Assembly (NCBI GenBank): GCA_049724395.1 | Contig: JAUGWO010000102.1 | Coordinates: 310,001 to 374,000, forward strand | Direction of reading: 5' to 3' | Source: Spongospora subterranea f. sp. subterranea | Taxonomy: Eukaryota | DNA length: 64,000 nt | In this document: one piece after another, positions 1-15,096 of the stretch | Layout: each line of letters starts with the position of its first letter | How positions within the stretch are numbered: the stretch's first letter is position 1 | Notes under the pieces: generated by a model | The model's database searches: none | The model's input: only the letters and a program-made list of their open reading frames with translations | Told to the model about the DNA's origin: nothing | Made by a program: the position numbers and the translations under genes

Positions 1-65
1 GATTTGAATTTACGAGATATCGCCGTTTATTTTTCTTAAGGGTTACCATATTTCGTCAAAACTGC

Positions 66-272
66 TTAGCCTTTATCGCCGAATCGAGGGCTTGTCGCCA
101 TCGGGGACTTCCCTTTCTTTTTCTTTATATGGTCGTTGTACATGTACAGCGCAACAGCGATCGCCAATCCTCCCATGCCGAGCTTGGCATTGGTCGAAAA
201 CCCTGTCTTCACCGTCTTCTCCATCGGTACCAACTGTATGAATTTGCGAAACTTTGATTTTGGCCCACTCAT
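66..272 (-). CDS. Small single-pass membrane protein (68 aa), divergent from CFAP47
   Basis: ATG-started ORF with one hydrophobic stretch (LGMGGLAIAVALYMY) followed by a basic tail. No recognised family. Confidence 0.45.
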   Translation of the reverse strand: MSGPKSKFRKFIQLVPMEKTVKTGFSTNAKLGMGGLAIAVALYMYNDHIKKKKGKSPMATSPRFGDKG

Positions 273-414
273 TTTTCATCTCCGAAACAACGTAGGCCTT
301 GCAACGGATAGTTTTGAGGTCGTCATCATTTGTGTGAGATGCCGGCCTGGTGTTGGGCCGGTGGATCGTTTATGAGTACATCAGGCGAGTTCCCATTATT
401 GGACTATTTGATAT

Positions 415-3400
415 ATGGCTAATGTCAACGATGGTGAGGTGATTAGCCAAACGAGGACCGACAAGTGCTGCGTGAAAGAAGGCGATAATAGTGACCATGT
501 CAAAGATGTAATTAGGGTTGTTCCTGACCGCGCCGTATTTTCGGAGAGCAAAACGTCATTGAACATATCGATTTCAAACTCGAGTAAGACGTCCCATCAT
601 ATTCGATTAATAAGACCGCTATCACCATATTTTACGCTCGTAAATCATGACGCTATATCGGTTCGTCTGGCGCCTGGCCTCAAATTTACTGTCAAGCTGC
701 GGCTGAATGTGTCGAATTTGCGGTCGGGCGACCGATCCCTAGAATCAGATACAAAAACTGGGTCTAACCAGGTCAACAGTGAAGACATTTTCGATCGATT
801 TATTGTGCAAAGCGAAATCGGCGAAACCACAATACCAATCAAATTCGAAAGGAATCGGGGGGATATCCGTCTAGAAAGCGCAATCGATCTGGGAATCACT
901 AATATCGGCAATACAGCGACATACGTCCTGAAATTACGAAATCAGGGAACGGCTGAAGCCGAATTCACTGTATTGGATGACGAGGCCGAAGCAGAAGATG
1001 ACATAAAAGTTACTGTGATTCCACGTTCAGGCAAAGTCAAAGCACGATCGATATCACATGTAAAGGGACAGTTCTTGATCAGCCCAGGTTTTTGAACATC
1101 ATTACTATAGGTCCGGTTAGAAGTCTTGGCAACCTCAACAGGAGTGTTCAACCGAATTTTGTCCTTTAGACTAAACGATCGGATGCATCGAGTGGAACTA
1201 TGCGGGGAATTTGTAGAAAGCAGATTAGAAATTATCGATACCACATTGAAGACATCATCGAAAGCGATTGATTTTGGGAAGGCATATTTTGGGGTTAATC
1301 TTGAGCAAATAAGGACGCTAGTCAATAGCAGTCCAAATACCTGCACATTCCGAGTGGCAACTCAAGAGCAGCAAGATCCCCCCGGGGGATCGGGGGGATC
1401 TGAAAACAACACCATTGAGCTTCTGAACGCAACAGGTTCTGGAATGGATCCACCTGCTATATCTGTATCTCCACAAGAAGGGGTATTAGGGCCATATTCT
1501 AGTATTTCAGTGCGATTTCGTTTTCGCCCTAGGCAAGGCGAGCTAAAAACGGGGTTCAAAAGCCAGATACCAGGAGGAACAGTAAACTTATACCACATTA
1601 TGGTACAGTTTGTTGCTGTTGGCGATATTGAACGATCAGTGTCCATTCATATACGTGGTGTGGCTGCCGCACCGTTCTTCAGTTTTTCTCACGACAGTCT
1701 TAATCTGGGGCAATGTCCGGTGAATGAAAGGCGTGACGCGATTATCAAGCTCGAAAACCACTGCGACGATTTAGGTTTACCATTCACGATCAAAGACGTT
1801 CCTCACTTTCATTCGTATCCAAAAATGGGGAATATTCCAGCTTTACAAAGCCGGGATATCATTATATCCTTCGTGCCCCGTCAACTTGGCGCATTCGAGA
1901 ATATATTGCAATTTGAATTAGGTGGTGAACAGAAATTCGAGTTTCGAGTTTCAGGAAGTTCACCGTCCATCTCCAAGCCAGAAAAAAACACCTCCTCTGA
2001 CAAGCGTACACAAAGAGAACGTGGATTGAGGCGCAATTTCATCGAATCGGTCTTATGTGAGGAACGGGACGGTGACCTGACGTCCGGTGCAGTCAAAATC
2101 GCCACCCTGGCGAACCCTTCATCATCTTTAGTTTTGTCTCCTGAAAAAGCCAATCGTCTGTATTATGCGCAATTTCTACACGAGCAGGAACAAAGACGGC
2201 ATCGTCAGCCTCCAGAAGATCCTGAACATTTCGAATCGGGACTTATTGAGCCAATACTGGAGTTGCCGAAAACCCAGGATCCATTATGGCTTCAGTACCC
2301 CATGGCTGGTTATCCGAGCTCAGGAGGGAAACAGGCTTCTATGATGAGACCCCAAGGCGGATGTATTCCAGACGGCCGAGCGAAGGGTGACGCCAGAAAA
2401 AAATTCAAGTCAGTGCCGTCAACGCAGGCAGAAGTGCAAGATTGTGCCGCCAAGCTGTCAGCTCGCCAGCTAGCTAAAATTTCCTGTGGGCCCGCCGTAT
2501 TGGCATTCGGAACCGTGTGCACGAGCTCCAAAACGTTCCGAACCTTCATGGTAGCGAATGGTTTGGAGAAATACATTCATCTGCGTTTGTGCCCCGACCC
2601 ATCTGGCCCCCTGTCCGAGACGAAGCTGTTGGAGCAAGTGATCCCTCCTGGTCTTGCGACCTCATTTACTATATGCCTCAATCCCCATCATGTTCAGGAC
2701 TTGCGTGTCGTCGTGCCTTACGTTATCAATGGGTCGCACAACCTGAACTTCACCGTTACAGCTCAAGAAGTGACACCGATCGAGATCTCACTCAGTACGC
2801 CGACAATACAGTTTACGTTCCCTCGTGATAGTCTCGAATTCGCTACAGCGCGTCGCCTGATTTTATCGAATCCATGCATGGCTCCGGCGCAGTTCAAGTG
2901 GATTGTACCTGATCCAACCCTCACCTTCATTCCGGCGAATGGCGTAATACCTCCACATAAGGACCTAGATATGCAGGTACTATATAAGCCTGCCATGAAC
3001 TCGAAACTATCAGCAAGGTGTGCGGTACAGATTGTTGGGGGTGTTGACCAATATGTGATGTGCACGAGTGATATCGTGCCCGTAAACTGCACACTGAGCT
3101 CATCGTCCATTGACCTGGGGTTAGTGGCAGTGGGAAACCATGCCAATAGCACCGTCATGTTGAACAACATTGGGCAAAGCTACGCCGTGTTCAACATCAG
3201 TCAATGTCCCGCTAATCTGATCGTCACTCCAAATAAGGGGAAATTATCCCCTTCGCAATCCCTGCCACTCAAAGTGCAGCTACGTCTGCCTTCTGCCGCC
3301 ACGTTCTCCGGTACATTCAGTGTCGATATTCGGGGAAGTACTTCGCTTTCTGTCTCTGTCTGTTGCGAAGCTGTTCTGCCATCGGTTTCAATCGTTCAGG

Positions 3401-6400
3401 TATTCGGAGTCGTATTGTATCTCGTCGTTATCAGTGTTTATTCATCTCGCTGAATAGGGGGAGCTCGATTTTGGGTCTGTCACGATTGGTAGCAGGTCTA
3501 CAATCGATATTGGGGTTAGGTCGACATCGACTGTTGTAACAACATTATACCTCGATTTAACTACTCCCCAATATGACGATTTTTGTGTTGTTTTCTCAAA
3601 CAAGTCTGCAAAATCCGTCTCCGTCACTCCAATTTCGAAGTTGGAACTCAAAAATGCAACCGATAATGGGAACCAGATTGTCCAAGATAATGACGGTGAT
3701 CACGATAAGGGTCCTAGAGCGTTCCGATTGGACCTATCGCCTGGGTCTCTAATTAATTTACCATTGACCTACATTCCGTCATCCGTTAACCAGCATACCG
3801 TCCCTTTACCTCTTGTCCTAGCCGGGTAAGGTTCACTCAGCACCAATAAAGTCTAGTGCTAACTGAAGCATAGGTTTCCCACGTATCCTGATATTCGACG
3901 ATTGGTTCACGCACAAGGCCTCAAACCGAAAATCGTTTTATCTTCAACTAACATATCTTTTGGTCAGCGGATCGTTTTGAAATCGTCTAAGGCTCTTTTG
4001 GGAGCGTACATCACTACATTTACAATTACAAATGACGATTTGTCCAGTACAGCTTGGGCTATTGATGTTGATTCGGAACACGGCGACGCTAACAAGAATC
4101 CGTTCAAGATTGAGCCGTTTTCTGGTGTACTGGGTCAGAAGGAAACCACCATAATCAAGGTTTGTTTCTCTCCTACGGAACGAGGTGGTTTTGAAACCAT
4201 GTATAATCTGTTCATTGGAAGTAACCGAGATGATCCATATATGAACCTTTCCGTGAAAGGATCAGCCGAACACCCAATGCTGAAATTCGACGCTCTGGAA
4301 GTCACGTTGCCGGCGGTTCCCCTGGGCATTAAGTCTGAGGTGCGGTTTCTCATCAGCAACAGCGGTTATGATCGAACTAGTATCGAGTATCAGCTACCTC
4401 TAGATACGGCTCAGATACCATTGCAAATTGACTTTCCCTCGGGGGTTCATCTTGGATCTAAATCAGATTCAATTCCAGTTGTTCTGAGTTTTATCGCATC
4501 CAAACCGACGTCATTCGCTACGACGGTCGATTTCATAGTGGACGATGGAAACAGGTTCTCACTGCCTGTTCACGGATTGGCTGATAATAGCATTTTATCT
4601 GTATGGCCGTTCCTATCCCTCCGACGGTACTCGATACAGTTTGGTGAAGGTCATGGAATCACATGCGTCGATCTTGGTCTTCGATCACCGCCTGCCGGGT
4701 CTTCAACAGCTGGCTTAACAAACATCGATAACATCCGACCTGCGTCAGAGGTAGTCACTTCGTATCAGTTACCTGCGCTGCCCCATTGTTTTGTTTATTT
4801 TGCCTTGTAGATCGCATCAGCCGCAGCCAATACTCTTCGATTCCTGGCGTCATTGAATATGATCGAGGTTTCTGGTCATGCATTTCCTACTGACCTCGTT
4901 GCGAGTAATGGGGAACCTATACTTCGCCTTGTTGAGTTTTTAAGCGGTTCCACCGTATTCAAATCAGAGCTTCATGCCCTTAGTTTAGTCCCTTCAAAGT
5001 CTGGTATGTATTACCAATTTCCGTATAAGTCCAACCTCATTTTTCGTTCAGACACTACACCAGCAGTTTTGAATTTATATGAGAAACTGCTTAGCTACTT
5101 GCGAGCGCATGGGGCTGTTTTAACGGTCAAAGCAGAACATCTTGGCCCATTGTCCGCAATGGTGTCAGCTTTGCCGATCGGGTCTTGGGAAAGGCAAACT
5201 GCAGAGAAATTAGCTCCATCAGTGTCAAGGCAGGCATGGTTCAATGTGTTATCTCAGGTTAGCGACATTGATTGCATTGAGCCTCTAGTTCATTAACCAC
5301 CCTTGACGCCCCGGTAGATTATCAAAATATTCCTTTTGGAACGGGTTACAACTAAATCTGTCTGCGAAGCAATAGGCTGTTCTACATTCCCTACATGCAT
5401 TCCCTCCAACCTTTATTCATCGCATGAAACGCTTCTGTTAGCTTGGCTAACCCACTATCGCAAAGACCGATCCGTCCCTGTAACCAACTTCGAGAATGAT
5501 CTTCGTGACGGCACCGTCTTAGGGAATCTTCTTTTTGCACATCTCCCGTACTTAAAGCAGCTTTCAAACTTGGATGAAAGCCCTGACGATGATCAAGAGC
5601 GTATGACTTCGAATGCACAAAAGGTCGGAACTGCTCCAATTGGTGGCTTCCGTTTTTTTATGCGTTGACATCATTGATTTCAGATCATATCCTCCATGGA
5701 AGAAGCTGGTCTTGATTACCAGGTTTCTGCATCGTTTATTGTATCACCCAACCCTAGAGATATGCTGCTATTGGTCTTGTATCTCTTTACAGTATTACCG
5801 GGATATTTACCACGCTCGACCGTTGAGTTCACTGGTGCAGTCCATGAGAATATCACGAAGACGGTGACGTTGAAAAACCCATTTGCTTCTGAAGTGATCT
5901 ACGATGTAAGATTCGACGGGTGTGCGGATTTCCATGCATCGTCAAAATCAATTATGCTGTCTGGTCGCGGATCCGAATTGTTTCAAATTGCGTTCTGCGG
6001 TAGATTTGCAAGAAATGATTCTGCCGTTTTACGGCTCATTCCTTCTCGCCAGCTTCGAACCCGTCCTCCCCAGCATGCTATCGCAGCCCGTAGTTTTCAG
6101 CTTAGTTTCGTCAGTTTCTGAGTCGTTGACGCCTCAAGCTACACTAACAACTCGTTCGAATCTGTACGAAGCCACAACGTTTGTAATGGAACTACGCAAT
6201 ACTCTTGATAAGGACTGCACGTTTTCCATTGATTGCAGCCACCAGCTTGCCAAGATTATTCCAAATCGCCACACAGCGAAAATGGCGCCTGCGGTCGACA
6301 AACCGAGCTCAGGCGTTTTTCCAAATGCCTTTTCAACTGAAAAAAAGACTATCAGTGTGAAAACAGGAGCGACAGAGAAATTGTCTTGTTCTTTTCAACC

Positions 6401-9400
6401 AACTCTAGAGGCCGAGTACAGTTGCACAATCAAATTTGTGGATTCAGAGGTTGGCGAATTGAGGATTGATGTTCGAGGCGAAGTCAACCTACCAAATCCC
6501 ATTGGAGAAACCATCAAAGTGACATGCAAAGAAAATACACCTGTTGTCAAAGATATATTGCTGTCACTGGTCAATCCGAATCTCGAGAAAGCCATGATGC
6601 GTATCGATGGTGAGCGTAAATCCAAGGGTGGTGTTAGTTCAGTAATCAATCCTTTACGCGGTCCTCTTGCATATTCTGTTGATTGTTCATCGCCATTCAT
6701 CACTGTTTCTAAAACCTGCATTTTGACAGACAGGGTGCTTGGTTTGGCCCCCGCAGGTAAATAACGCGTTATCGTGTTTTAGCTTTTTTATCGAAATGCT
6801 GTTGAAGGGTCATCGAACAAAACTATTAACCAAAAATTAGAAGGATTGGATCCGTCAAAACAGGAGTTGAATCAACCGGGAGACAACGTGCTGCGACTTG
6901 TGTTTAAGGGCGGGCAACCTGGATTGTATCCAGCAGAAATTACTTTGCGATCTGAACATGATATTCGAATATATCACGTCGAATTCGCATCGCAATCTGA
7001 GGGAATGAAGGCGCATCTGGAATTCGACGTGGCTGCCGGGCAAACCTTACGTCAAAATATTCCTATTGTAAATAGTTCAGACAATGAATGGAGAATTACT
7101 GCAGAGGTGCGTTGCCCCCCCCCCCAAATGGCACATTTCACAAAACACTAAATTTTGGATCTGAAAAGTTGAAAGGGAGTGGATGGTCGGGTCCATCATC
7201 AATTGCGGTCCCAAGAAATTCAACTGGAGCGTATCCGTTAAGCTTCTCTCCGTTATGGATATGTGAATCAGAGGGTTTACTGCTGCTGGTTAATACCAAC
7301 ACGAAAGAAAGCTATTCGTACACTCTAAAAGGGCAAGGGAGAGATCCCTTACCTATCAAGGTCGTGACAATCAACTGCAACGCTAGAGAGAAATTTGAAC
7401 AGCTTTTTACGGTCGAAAATCGATCAAATGAGGTGATGTTTGACTTCTCATGCGCTGATTAAGTTCTGAAGTAATGTTTCAGGATTGTGTGTACCGTGTA
7501 GAATCCGACCTGCCATACATTCATGGAGACAGTACAATTTCAGTTCCCAGTAGATCCAAGAAAGACTATAAATTGTTAATGTCGCCACAAATGAGTGGAG
7601 TGTACAATGGATCAATAACATTCATATGCAAAGACGAACGATATCAATGGTTCGCCGTTGAAGTATGTATTGCTTTCTTCTTTGCACCAGTACGATAAGA
7701 CCTTTTGATAAAATAGGCTACAATTGGTCGTCCTTTGCCGGAATCAACGCTGAAGATTGAATGCCCACTCCGAGAAGCAGTGACGGCTGACTTAGTCGTC
7801 CAAAATCCATTGGATAAGAAAATATCATTTGACGTTAGCGTGGAAGGTGATTACCTCTTCTGCGACAATCAAGTCCAATTAGACCCGTGTTGTTCTGCGA
7901 CGTTTGTACTGTCGTATGTACCGTTGAAAGTAGGTCAAAGCTTGGGCCGCGTCAGATTTTTCAACAACATCGTTGGCGAGTTTTGGTACAATCTTGATCT
8001 CAAGTGCGAAATACCAGAACCAATGCGTCTCGATCCGCTTATATGTGAGGCTGGGTCTCAGGTATGAAATTGTAATCCATGATGTTCGACCACTTTAGCA
8101 TTTTTGCTGTTGTAGGCAGTTCACGAAGTGACATTAACCAATCCGTCTCAGTCTCGGATATCGATCGTTTCGGTTTCATCGGAACCCAAAAACTTTACGG
8201 TTCGCCCGTCGACCTTTCAGTTGAATCCTGGGCAGTCGTGTTTGGTTCATATTATCTACACGCCCTCTGTTCTGAACGAGGTGCAAAATGGTATCATCAC
8301 GTTTCAAGAAAATCAGGTAAGACTTCAAAATGTCGTTCTAACTTACATATTCAGCGGAGTCTTAGATTGGAGACTGGGTTTATATCGTATCAGGTATTGG
8401 CAAGCCACCGACTGCAATGCAGCCTATTCACCTACTTTCATCCCTCGGCCAAAGATCATCCAGTATTATTCAGTTTCGGAACCCATTTGATCGAGCATTA
8501 ATTGTTCGAATATCCCTGCATCAACGAGGCCACGATGCGTTCCGTCTATATTCTAGGCGAGAGTTGACCAGAATTACTGGTCAGACTCAGCTTCAGGTCC
8601 CATTTGTTTTCGTGCCTACTGCTCTATCTTGTTACAATGCAGAGGTCGTGATCGAAGCGTCTGAGGGGTTACGATGGGTATCCCTTATCGAGGAAATCAC
8701 TTTAACATCAGTGTTAAGAATTGCATTAGGTGTATCCGTTGATGGGGGAAGCCGAACTGCTGTCGTCGGAGCCGTTGAATTTTTTGTGCATTTCTCGGCA
8801 GCCGCTGAACAAAGACGTTGACTCTAATTCTACCCGGACTGACTCAATCTGAAATTGACAACAATGACTTTACGATCAAAGTTGAACACGTCACAACTGA
8901 ACCTTCTGGTGTCCCTCTCGAAATACTCTCTGACGTTATTCAAGCTAAAGAACAAACTGACAAACCAGTGATATTTGATAATGGTGCGGTGCAGACCGAG
9001 CTTACTCGAAGAAACTACTAACGTCTCATGTGCATAGGTGCAGGCTTCGTCTTCGAAGTAAATTTCAGGCCCTTCCGCACCCTTCATGTCGAGTCCTTAC
9101 TTTCCATTACCAAATCATCTGGTGGAAGATATTCCTTCAGGATGCGGTTTACGTCAACTGAAGCAGCTGTTGACGATGTTGTTCGAATAAGCGCTGGACT
9201 CAATCAAATTGCAAATGTCTCGTTCCGTTTATCTAACATTATCAATGGGAAATCTCAATTTGAGGCGCATTTCGCTCCTGATTCACCATATCAGTTATCT
9301 GTTCAGCCGACAAAGGGATTTCTCGAAGGACGCGATTCTCTCGGGACTCTTTTTACAATAAGTTTCGCCCCGAGTGAATACGGAAAAGCGATAGTGGGAA

Positions 9401-9630
9401 AACTGGTGATATGCACAGACGCAATGGAATGGATATATGAAGTCAGAGGATCGCATCCACATTATTTGCCTCCGAAGGGGCGTAACACCTTCAGCTCGTT
9501 TATGGATGAGACAACGATGCGATCCATTCAAAACAGCAACAACACTGCAACCAATTATCTGAATTATAATATTCGTGCCACAAGTTCAAGGCGACGACAA
9601 GATCAGGTCCAAAAAAAGAAACCAAAATAA
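415..9630 (+). CDS. CFAP47: Cilia- and flagella-associated protein 47 (multi-exon; ASH/Ig-like repeats plus calponin-homology domain)
   Basis: Chain of ORFs joined by ~50 nt GT-AG introns. Repeated IDFG/LDLG...L.N.G ASH motifs, a CH domain (LLAWLTHY..VTNFENDLRDGTVLGNLLFAHLP...PNPRDMLLLVLYLFTVLPGYLPR) and the CFAP47-type C-terminus (FAPSEYGKAIVGKLVICTDAMEWIYEVRGSHPHY). One apparent frameshift near 6050. Confidence 0.88.
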
Positions 9631-9663
9631 ATTGGACTCTCGATTGAAGGAATCCAAACATGT

Positions 9664-12019
9664 TTATCCTGCATTCTGTATGCATGGGCATTCGTCATCA
9701 GGGATTCGCGCGTCATGACAAGTTCGGCTTTCCGAAATCGGAGTCAAAAGTGAAAGGCCTGGCATGTCGTCTGGTACCGGGTCTGGAAGATGTGCCAAAT
9801 GGCGCAATGTCGTATAGATATCCAAACACGTTATCAGGCGTTGCTGGTTGCTGATGAGGGATTCACGAACACCCGGATTCCGATCCAGGAAGGAATTGGG
9901 AACTATAACATTCAGCAACGGTAGCGTCTTTTCGAGCCGGCCCGCTTGAGTATACAGGCTGAGTTTTATGCCAAGTGATCAGGGCACCGTTTAGCCGGCA
10001 TGACAGAATTACTTACTAATAGGGACCCATATGACATCCATGATCAGATACGAGAAAAGTAATGGTGTCATCAAGGTGCGACTTGTCTCTCATTGAACGC
10101 AAAAAGTCTGCCAAATTTTCGTCCATTGTGGCCACGATTTCTTGCGACCCTTCGTGAGCTTCAGAAAAAAACGCAGCAACAAACTTGCCAGCGTTGTCGG
10201 TATAGTGATCGAAGACCTGATCAATATAATCCAGCGTATGGTTATGAACATAACGACCAGAAATACAGCGCCTTCTCAAAGAATATGGGCCTAAGCGGCA
10301 TTGGACAAGATAGAGCGGTAAACGCAATCAACAAACCTGCAAAATTTGTCCAGACACCCCAATTATCATACTCTGGATGACAAAATTCCGGAGCACCAAC
10401 GTCGTGATCAAGTAAGTCTTGATTAGGCGACCCAAAAAACTGATAACTACAATAGTGGCAATTATGGTGTTGAGCAAATGCGATACGGCCAAAACCCGAA
10501 ACTCACTAATCATCACACTGATTAAGGATAGTCGCGGTTACAAACCCATGTTTGGTCTTGAAATCGCCCCAAACAGGATTCGAGCCGTTATTCTCCGATC
10601 CAATTATCATGGGGACAAGATTCTATGAAAAGTATTACACACTACAGAATGGGAAGAAATGAGTCGCCAACCTTTGAAGTTGAGTGTCCGATTGTGGCAT
10701 ACCGAAGGAATTGGAACACGGAAAACCCGCTCTCTGGTTGGCGTAGCTCATCAAGTGCAGCATGGGTTAGAGGCATTTTACGAAGAAAGTGTGATCTTGA
10801 TAATGCGTCCAGCATCAACATTAAAATATTCGGCGGAGGAATATTTTTGTTATTTTGCTTCGCCAACGCTGCTTGTTTGAGCACATCAGGTTTTGCTACG
10901 TTCACCAGGTGGTAGTTTTCTTGGTCATCGCAAAACGCACGTATTGTCCTAGTATCTGCAGGGATCTTGACGATCATAGCTTCAGAAACTTCCACTTGTT
11001 TCGGAGGAAGTGGCTCGCCGGCGATCCATATTCGAATCTTGCCGATCTGAGCGATCCATTAAAAAGTTGTAGTTAAAAATAAATTTTCGTGTCCTGCAGC
11101 TTGCATCGTCATCGAATAGCACATATCCGTCAACCATCGAAGAAAACTGTTTTACAGCTGGGCACTGAAGGATAATCAGAGCAGAGTAAGATCATCATGA
11201 TGAAATAGCAAACCGAATGCGGGCCAGAGAAAAAGTTCATTGTCCTGGACGGAAACAATGAAACCCATGGCACATGGGTAGGCAACTGGCAGAACCTATT
11301 GGATTCTAATGGCAAACCAAACATGCCATTGTGGATATGACTCTTGCCGTAAACAGCAGCAACTGCAACATACACGACCGAGCATGCGATCACGAAGATT
11401 GGCATCCATGGAGTGACGTTTTTAAGAAATCTCAATAAACAGATTGCGATAATCACCCAAAACGTAATTATGAAAAACAGAACTGCGTTGATCTGATCTG
11501 ACAGTATAGTGGCAAAATTGGACGAGAGATTGTACCGAACAGTCGTCACAATGATGAGGATGAGGACCGGCGATAACCGAAAACCCCATCTCGGCTTCAA
11601 AACAACATGTGCCCATAATAAATACGACGCGAGAACGAACAAGCTCGAAGATATCAACAGATACAAGAACTGTGATCCAAACTCTGTCGCTTGGTCAACT
11701 TGTCCTAAAAGCCCCGGCGAGTCAAACAGTGTTAAGGCGCGCACGATACGAGGCGGAAATCACCAGCAATGGTGTAGAAGATCTGTGAGGACCCATACAA
11801 GCCCGATGCAAATAGCAGGCAGATATACGATCTTTGCCTAGATAACCTCCTCACATTTCTATCGTGAACAGATCCGATCCTGTTCATTATAAAGCGTTGG
11901 CAATGGACAACTTTCACGACTGTAATGGACAACTCCACGACTGTAGTGCAGAGCGACTGAAGAACGCCAGGAGCTAGGCCAACCCCCAATGTTTGCGCAT
12001 ATTCCACCCACTTAACCAT
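9664..12019 (-). CDS. Multi-TM protein with C-terminal DUF229 (alkaline phosphatase/sulfatase-superfamily) domain
   Basis: N-terminal hydrophobic helices (11130-11744). Motifs NILMLMLDALSRSHFLRKMP, TFLVSDHG, NQQRLITCLDIYTTL and the terminal SRTCHDARIPDDECPC are typical of DUF229. Start codon uncertain. Confidence 0.75.
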
Positions 12020-12094
12020 TGACCCTTCCCTTGGACCCACAGGGTCAACGGATCGCTTTTCAGAACTCAACCCCTCTTGACGACATGATGAATT

Positions 12095-13549
12095 TTATTG
12101 GGCTTGTAATTGTTTCAATAAGGTTTCTAAGTCTTGGTCATCGTCTTGAACAAAAACTGGATCTGCGTTAGCAGCGACGGTATCTTCTTGCAGTTCAATT
12201 CCTGTATGGAATTAATAACCACTGCGGATAAAGGCACAAGATTGAAACATGCTAACCCCATTGATTATCTTCATGAAGAGGCACTTTTGAATCATCATTT
12301 GCAGGTGACGGATCTGCAGGCTCGACCCAGTCTTTATAGACATGTTGTAGCGAAACACATTTGGCGCTGTTGCAAGATGGATTTGGACGCATTGGCCATG
12401 AAGGGAAGTAGTCGCACATAGCATTATATCCCTGATACGGGGGTAATCATTTGAACTTTCAGAGCCAGAGAGAAAAGCTAATACATGACAATACCAGATA
12501 ATAAGAGACTTTCCCAAAGCCTAAACAGTATTTTAATACATTCTGCACCAACATTGCAGCAATAAGGCCCATTGTTGTTGGAAGCGACGCCGCACAGACA
12601 CCATCGCGCTTCAAAGTCGATTCACTAACGCCTACATAGAGCAATGAAACCATGGTAGACACTATAAATAGCGGTATGATACCAGTTTCTAGAATTACTG
12701 GTGGGGCACAAAGGAAACAAGCTGTTCTGCCTGGAAGGATGAACTGTATATGTCCTGAGATGCATTTAGTCAAATACGTTATACTATGCAATTGCGACCT
12801 TAACCTGAGACAGCATTTTCTGAAACGCCTGATTCCATCCAAATCTACAACAGCATTATTTGGCAGAATATGCAGCGTTCTGGGCAACCTATACCTGATC
12901 TAGTTCGTTGCAAGCTTGATTGATTGCCGTGCGAGCTTGGTAATTGTCGACACAGCTCAGCACAATATCAACTGGACCGATATTATCCAATCCTCCATGG
13001 CTTATTCTCTGCAAGAAATCATCAAAATGATTTACAGACCTACAGACAAGGACGGTGATTAACACAGATCCTGGTCAAAACGGCAGGCCCAATTGTTTAC
13101 GTAATGTCGTAGTTATAGGTTTCAAATACAACATCTGGATTAATTGAGACTAACGTCGCACGAGCAGCTTCGACTTTAGATAAACCTGCTTGGTTTGGGC
13201 GGAAAAACAGTCTGCTCATGCGGTAAAAATTTTGGAAAACACGAAATCAAACGTTCAGAATACCTGTTCATATTGGCAAGTTCTACTTTGTCATAGTCGA
13301 ATAATAATAGTTTACCAACTCCGCACCTAGATATCTATCAACTCGTCATTACGAGATTCCCACGTTGAAACCATACCGGGTCAACATTTCAGCAGCGACC
13401 GAACCAATTCCCCCGACTCCAACGATCAGGACACTCACTCTACGAATGTCCTCGTAGTTGTCCACAATGCCCATCCGCTTCAACGCCATCAAGCGGCTAT
13501 ACGGGTTCGAATCCACAACCTCATCGCTGATGGGTCGCCGAGTTTCCAT
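12095..13549 (-). CDS. UBA5: UFM1-activating enzyme (E1-like), multi-exon
   Basis: [72 protein letters not shown]. Confidence 0.95.
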
Positions 13550-14164
13550 GGGTAAGCGCGTCGCTATACGAATAACCCTAATCGGGTGAACAAACTACAG
13601 GATGTGGTCTCTGCGGAGTAATAACACGTTGTTGATGTTAATGATTAATGATACACACAATCACATGTGTTTATTTAGGGAATCTTTAACCATTGATTGA
13701 TTGTTATCTATTGTGAGGCTACATGTGGTATGTCATCCGGTAATATGTCCTCCATGTTCTTTTCGGCTTCTCGGGGACATTTTATCAAAGACATGCCCAG
13801 AGCGCATTAGGGTATGGGAACTGGGGGGATATGTGTGTGATCGATCAGCGAACTCGGGGTCTGATTGACCGTTCGTCGTCGAATGAGAGCAGGTCAGAAC
13901 ATCCTCCAACGAATTGGCGCGGATGACTTCTAGACTGTATTTAATCCTGGCAATTAGTATCTCCTGGCGCCCCAGAATCAACATGATATTGGGCGACATT
14001 CCGATTTGTAATAATCAGGGGGAGCAAAACGTGACTCCTGTACCGTCGTACGCTCTGGTTTATCGTCATTGCAATAGTCACGGAGTCCGAGGATTTATTC
14101 CAAATCTCCAAATACAATTTGAGCCCGTCATCTCTAGGTTCCACGACCAAAAGCAGGTATCCTA

Positions 14165-15052
14165 ATGTTCTGGGACTTTGATGTTCCAATAACGTTAGAT
14201 AAATCTGGTGCTTCACGAAATGCGTCTCCAGTGATCGATTCGCTCAGAACCTGTACGTAAAAACAATGGCACTTTTCCGTTTCCTGTCTAATTCGGGATT
14301 TTTATGTTCAGTTGGATATGGCGGCATTGTCCTTTCAGAATCAGTCACTGGTAAAGTTGTCAAGAAGTGCTCCTTTGATAGTCGACCCATAAGCCGACTG
14401 AAAAGTAGTTTCTCTCAAGCCACAGAGTTGGTCCAGAAGACTCGTCTAAATGTGATCCTGAGCGATAGTCAACAGATTCAGACGCTGTCATCGTCGAATG
14501 CCTGTATTCAGTCTTATGACATAATTGCCATCCAACCCACTACAGAGAAGCTCTTCTATCAAGCGTGCCAGACCATTGATTGCGACATCATCACATTTGA
14601 CTTATCAGACAGAATACCATTCATGTTGAAGTTTCCGGCAGTTAATTCAGCAATTGCTAGGGGGATATTTTTTGAAATATCTTATTCTTCTCTCATCTCT
14701 GATGCAGCTTCAAGGCACCACTATTTATCAAATTGTCTAAACATCGTCCGAGTTACCAAAGGGCGCAATCTTATTATCAGCTCCCACGCCGTTCAGGCAA
14801 TGCTTGTACGAGGTCCCTACGACGTCATGAATTTGTGTGCCCTTATTGGACTTAGCCAGTCCGAAGCCAAGGCTGCACTTGCCATTAATCCTCAAGCTGC
14901 ACTGGCTCATGCTCAGGTTCGTCGATCTGCTCAGGTATGCCGCTTGTCGTTGATTCTGCGTCCACACTGATTCTTATTTTTTTTAGGGTGTTTGCTTGGC
15001 ATCAAATATCGCCTCATTGCATCCAGAAAACGACGCATGGATCCTGTCGTGA
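14165..15052 (+). CDS. RPP30: RNase P/MRP subunit p30
   Basis: YDIIAIQPTTEKLFYQAC..DIITFD, AIARGIFFEISYS, KGRNLIISSHA..LVRGPYDVMNL. First exon MFWDFDVP at 14165, two short introns. Confidence 0.92.
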
Positions 15053-15096
15053 ACTTTAGATAAACCTTTATTTATTGTCTTTGAGTAAGACAAGTT

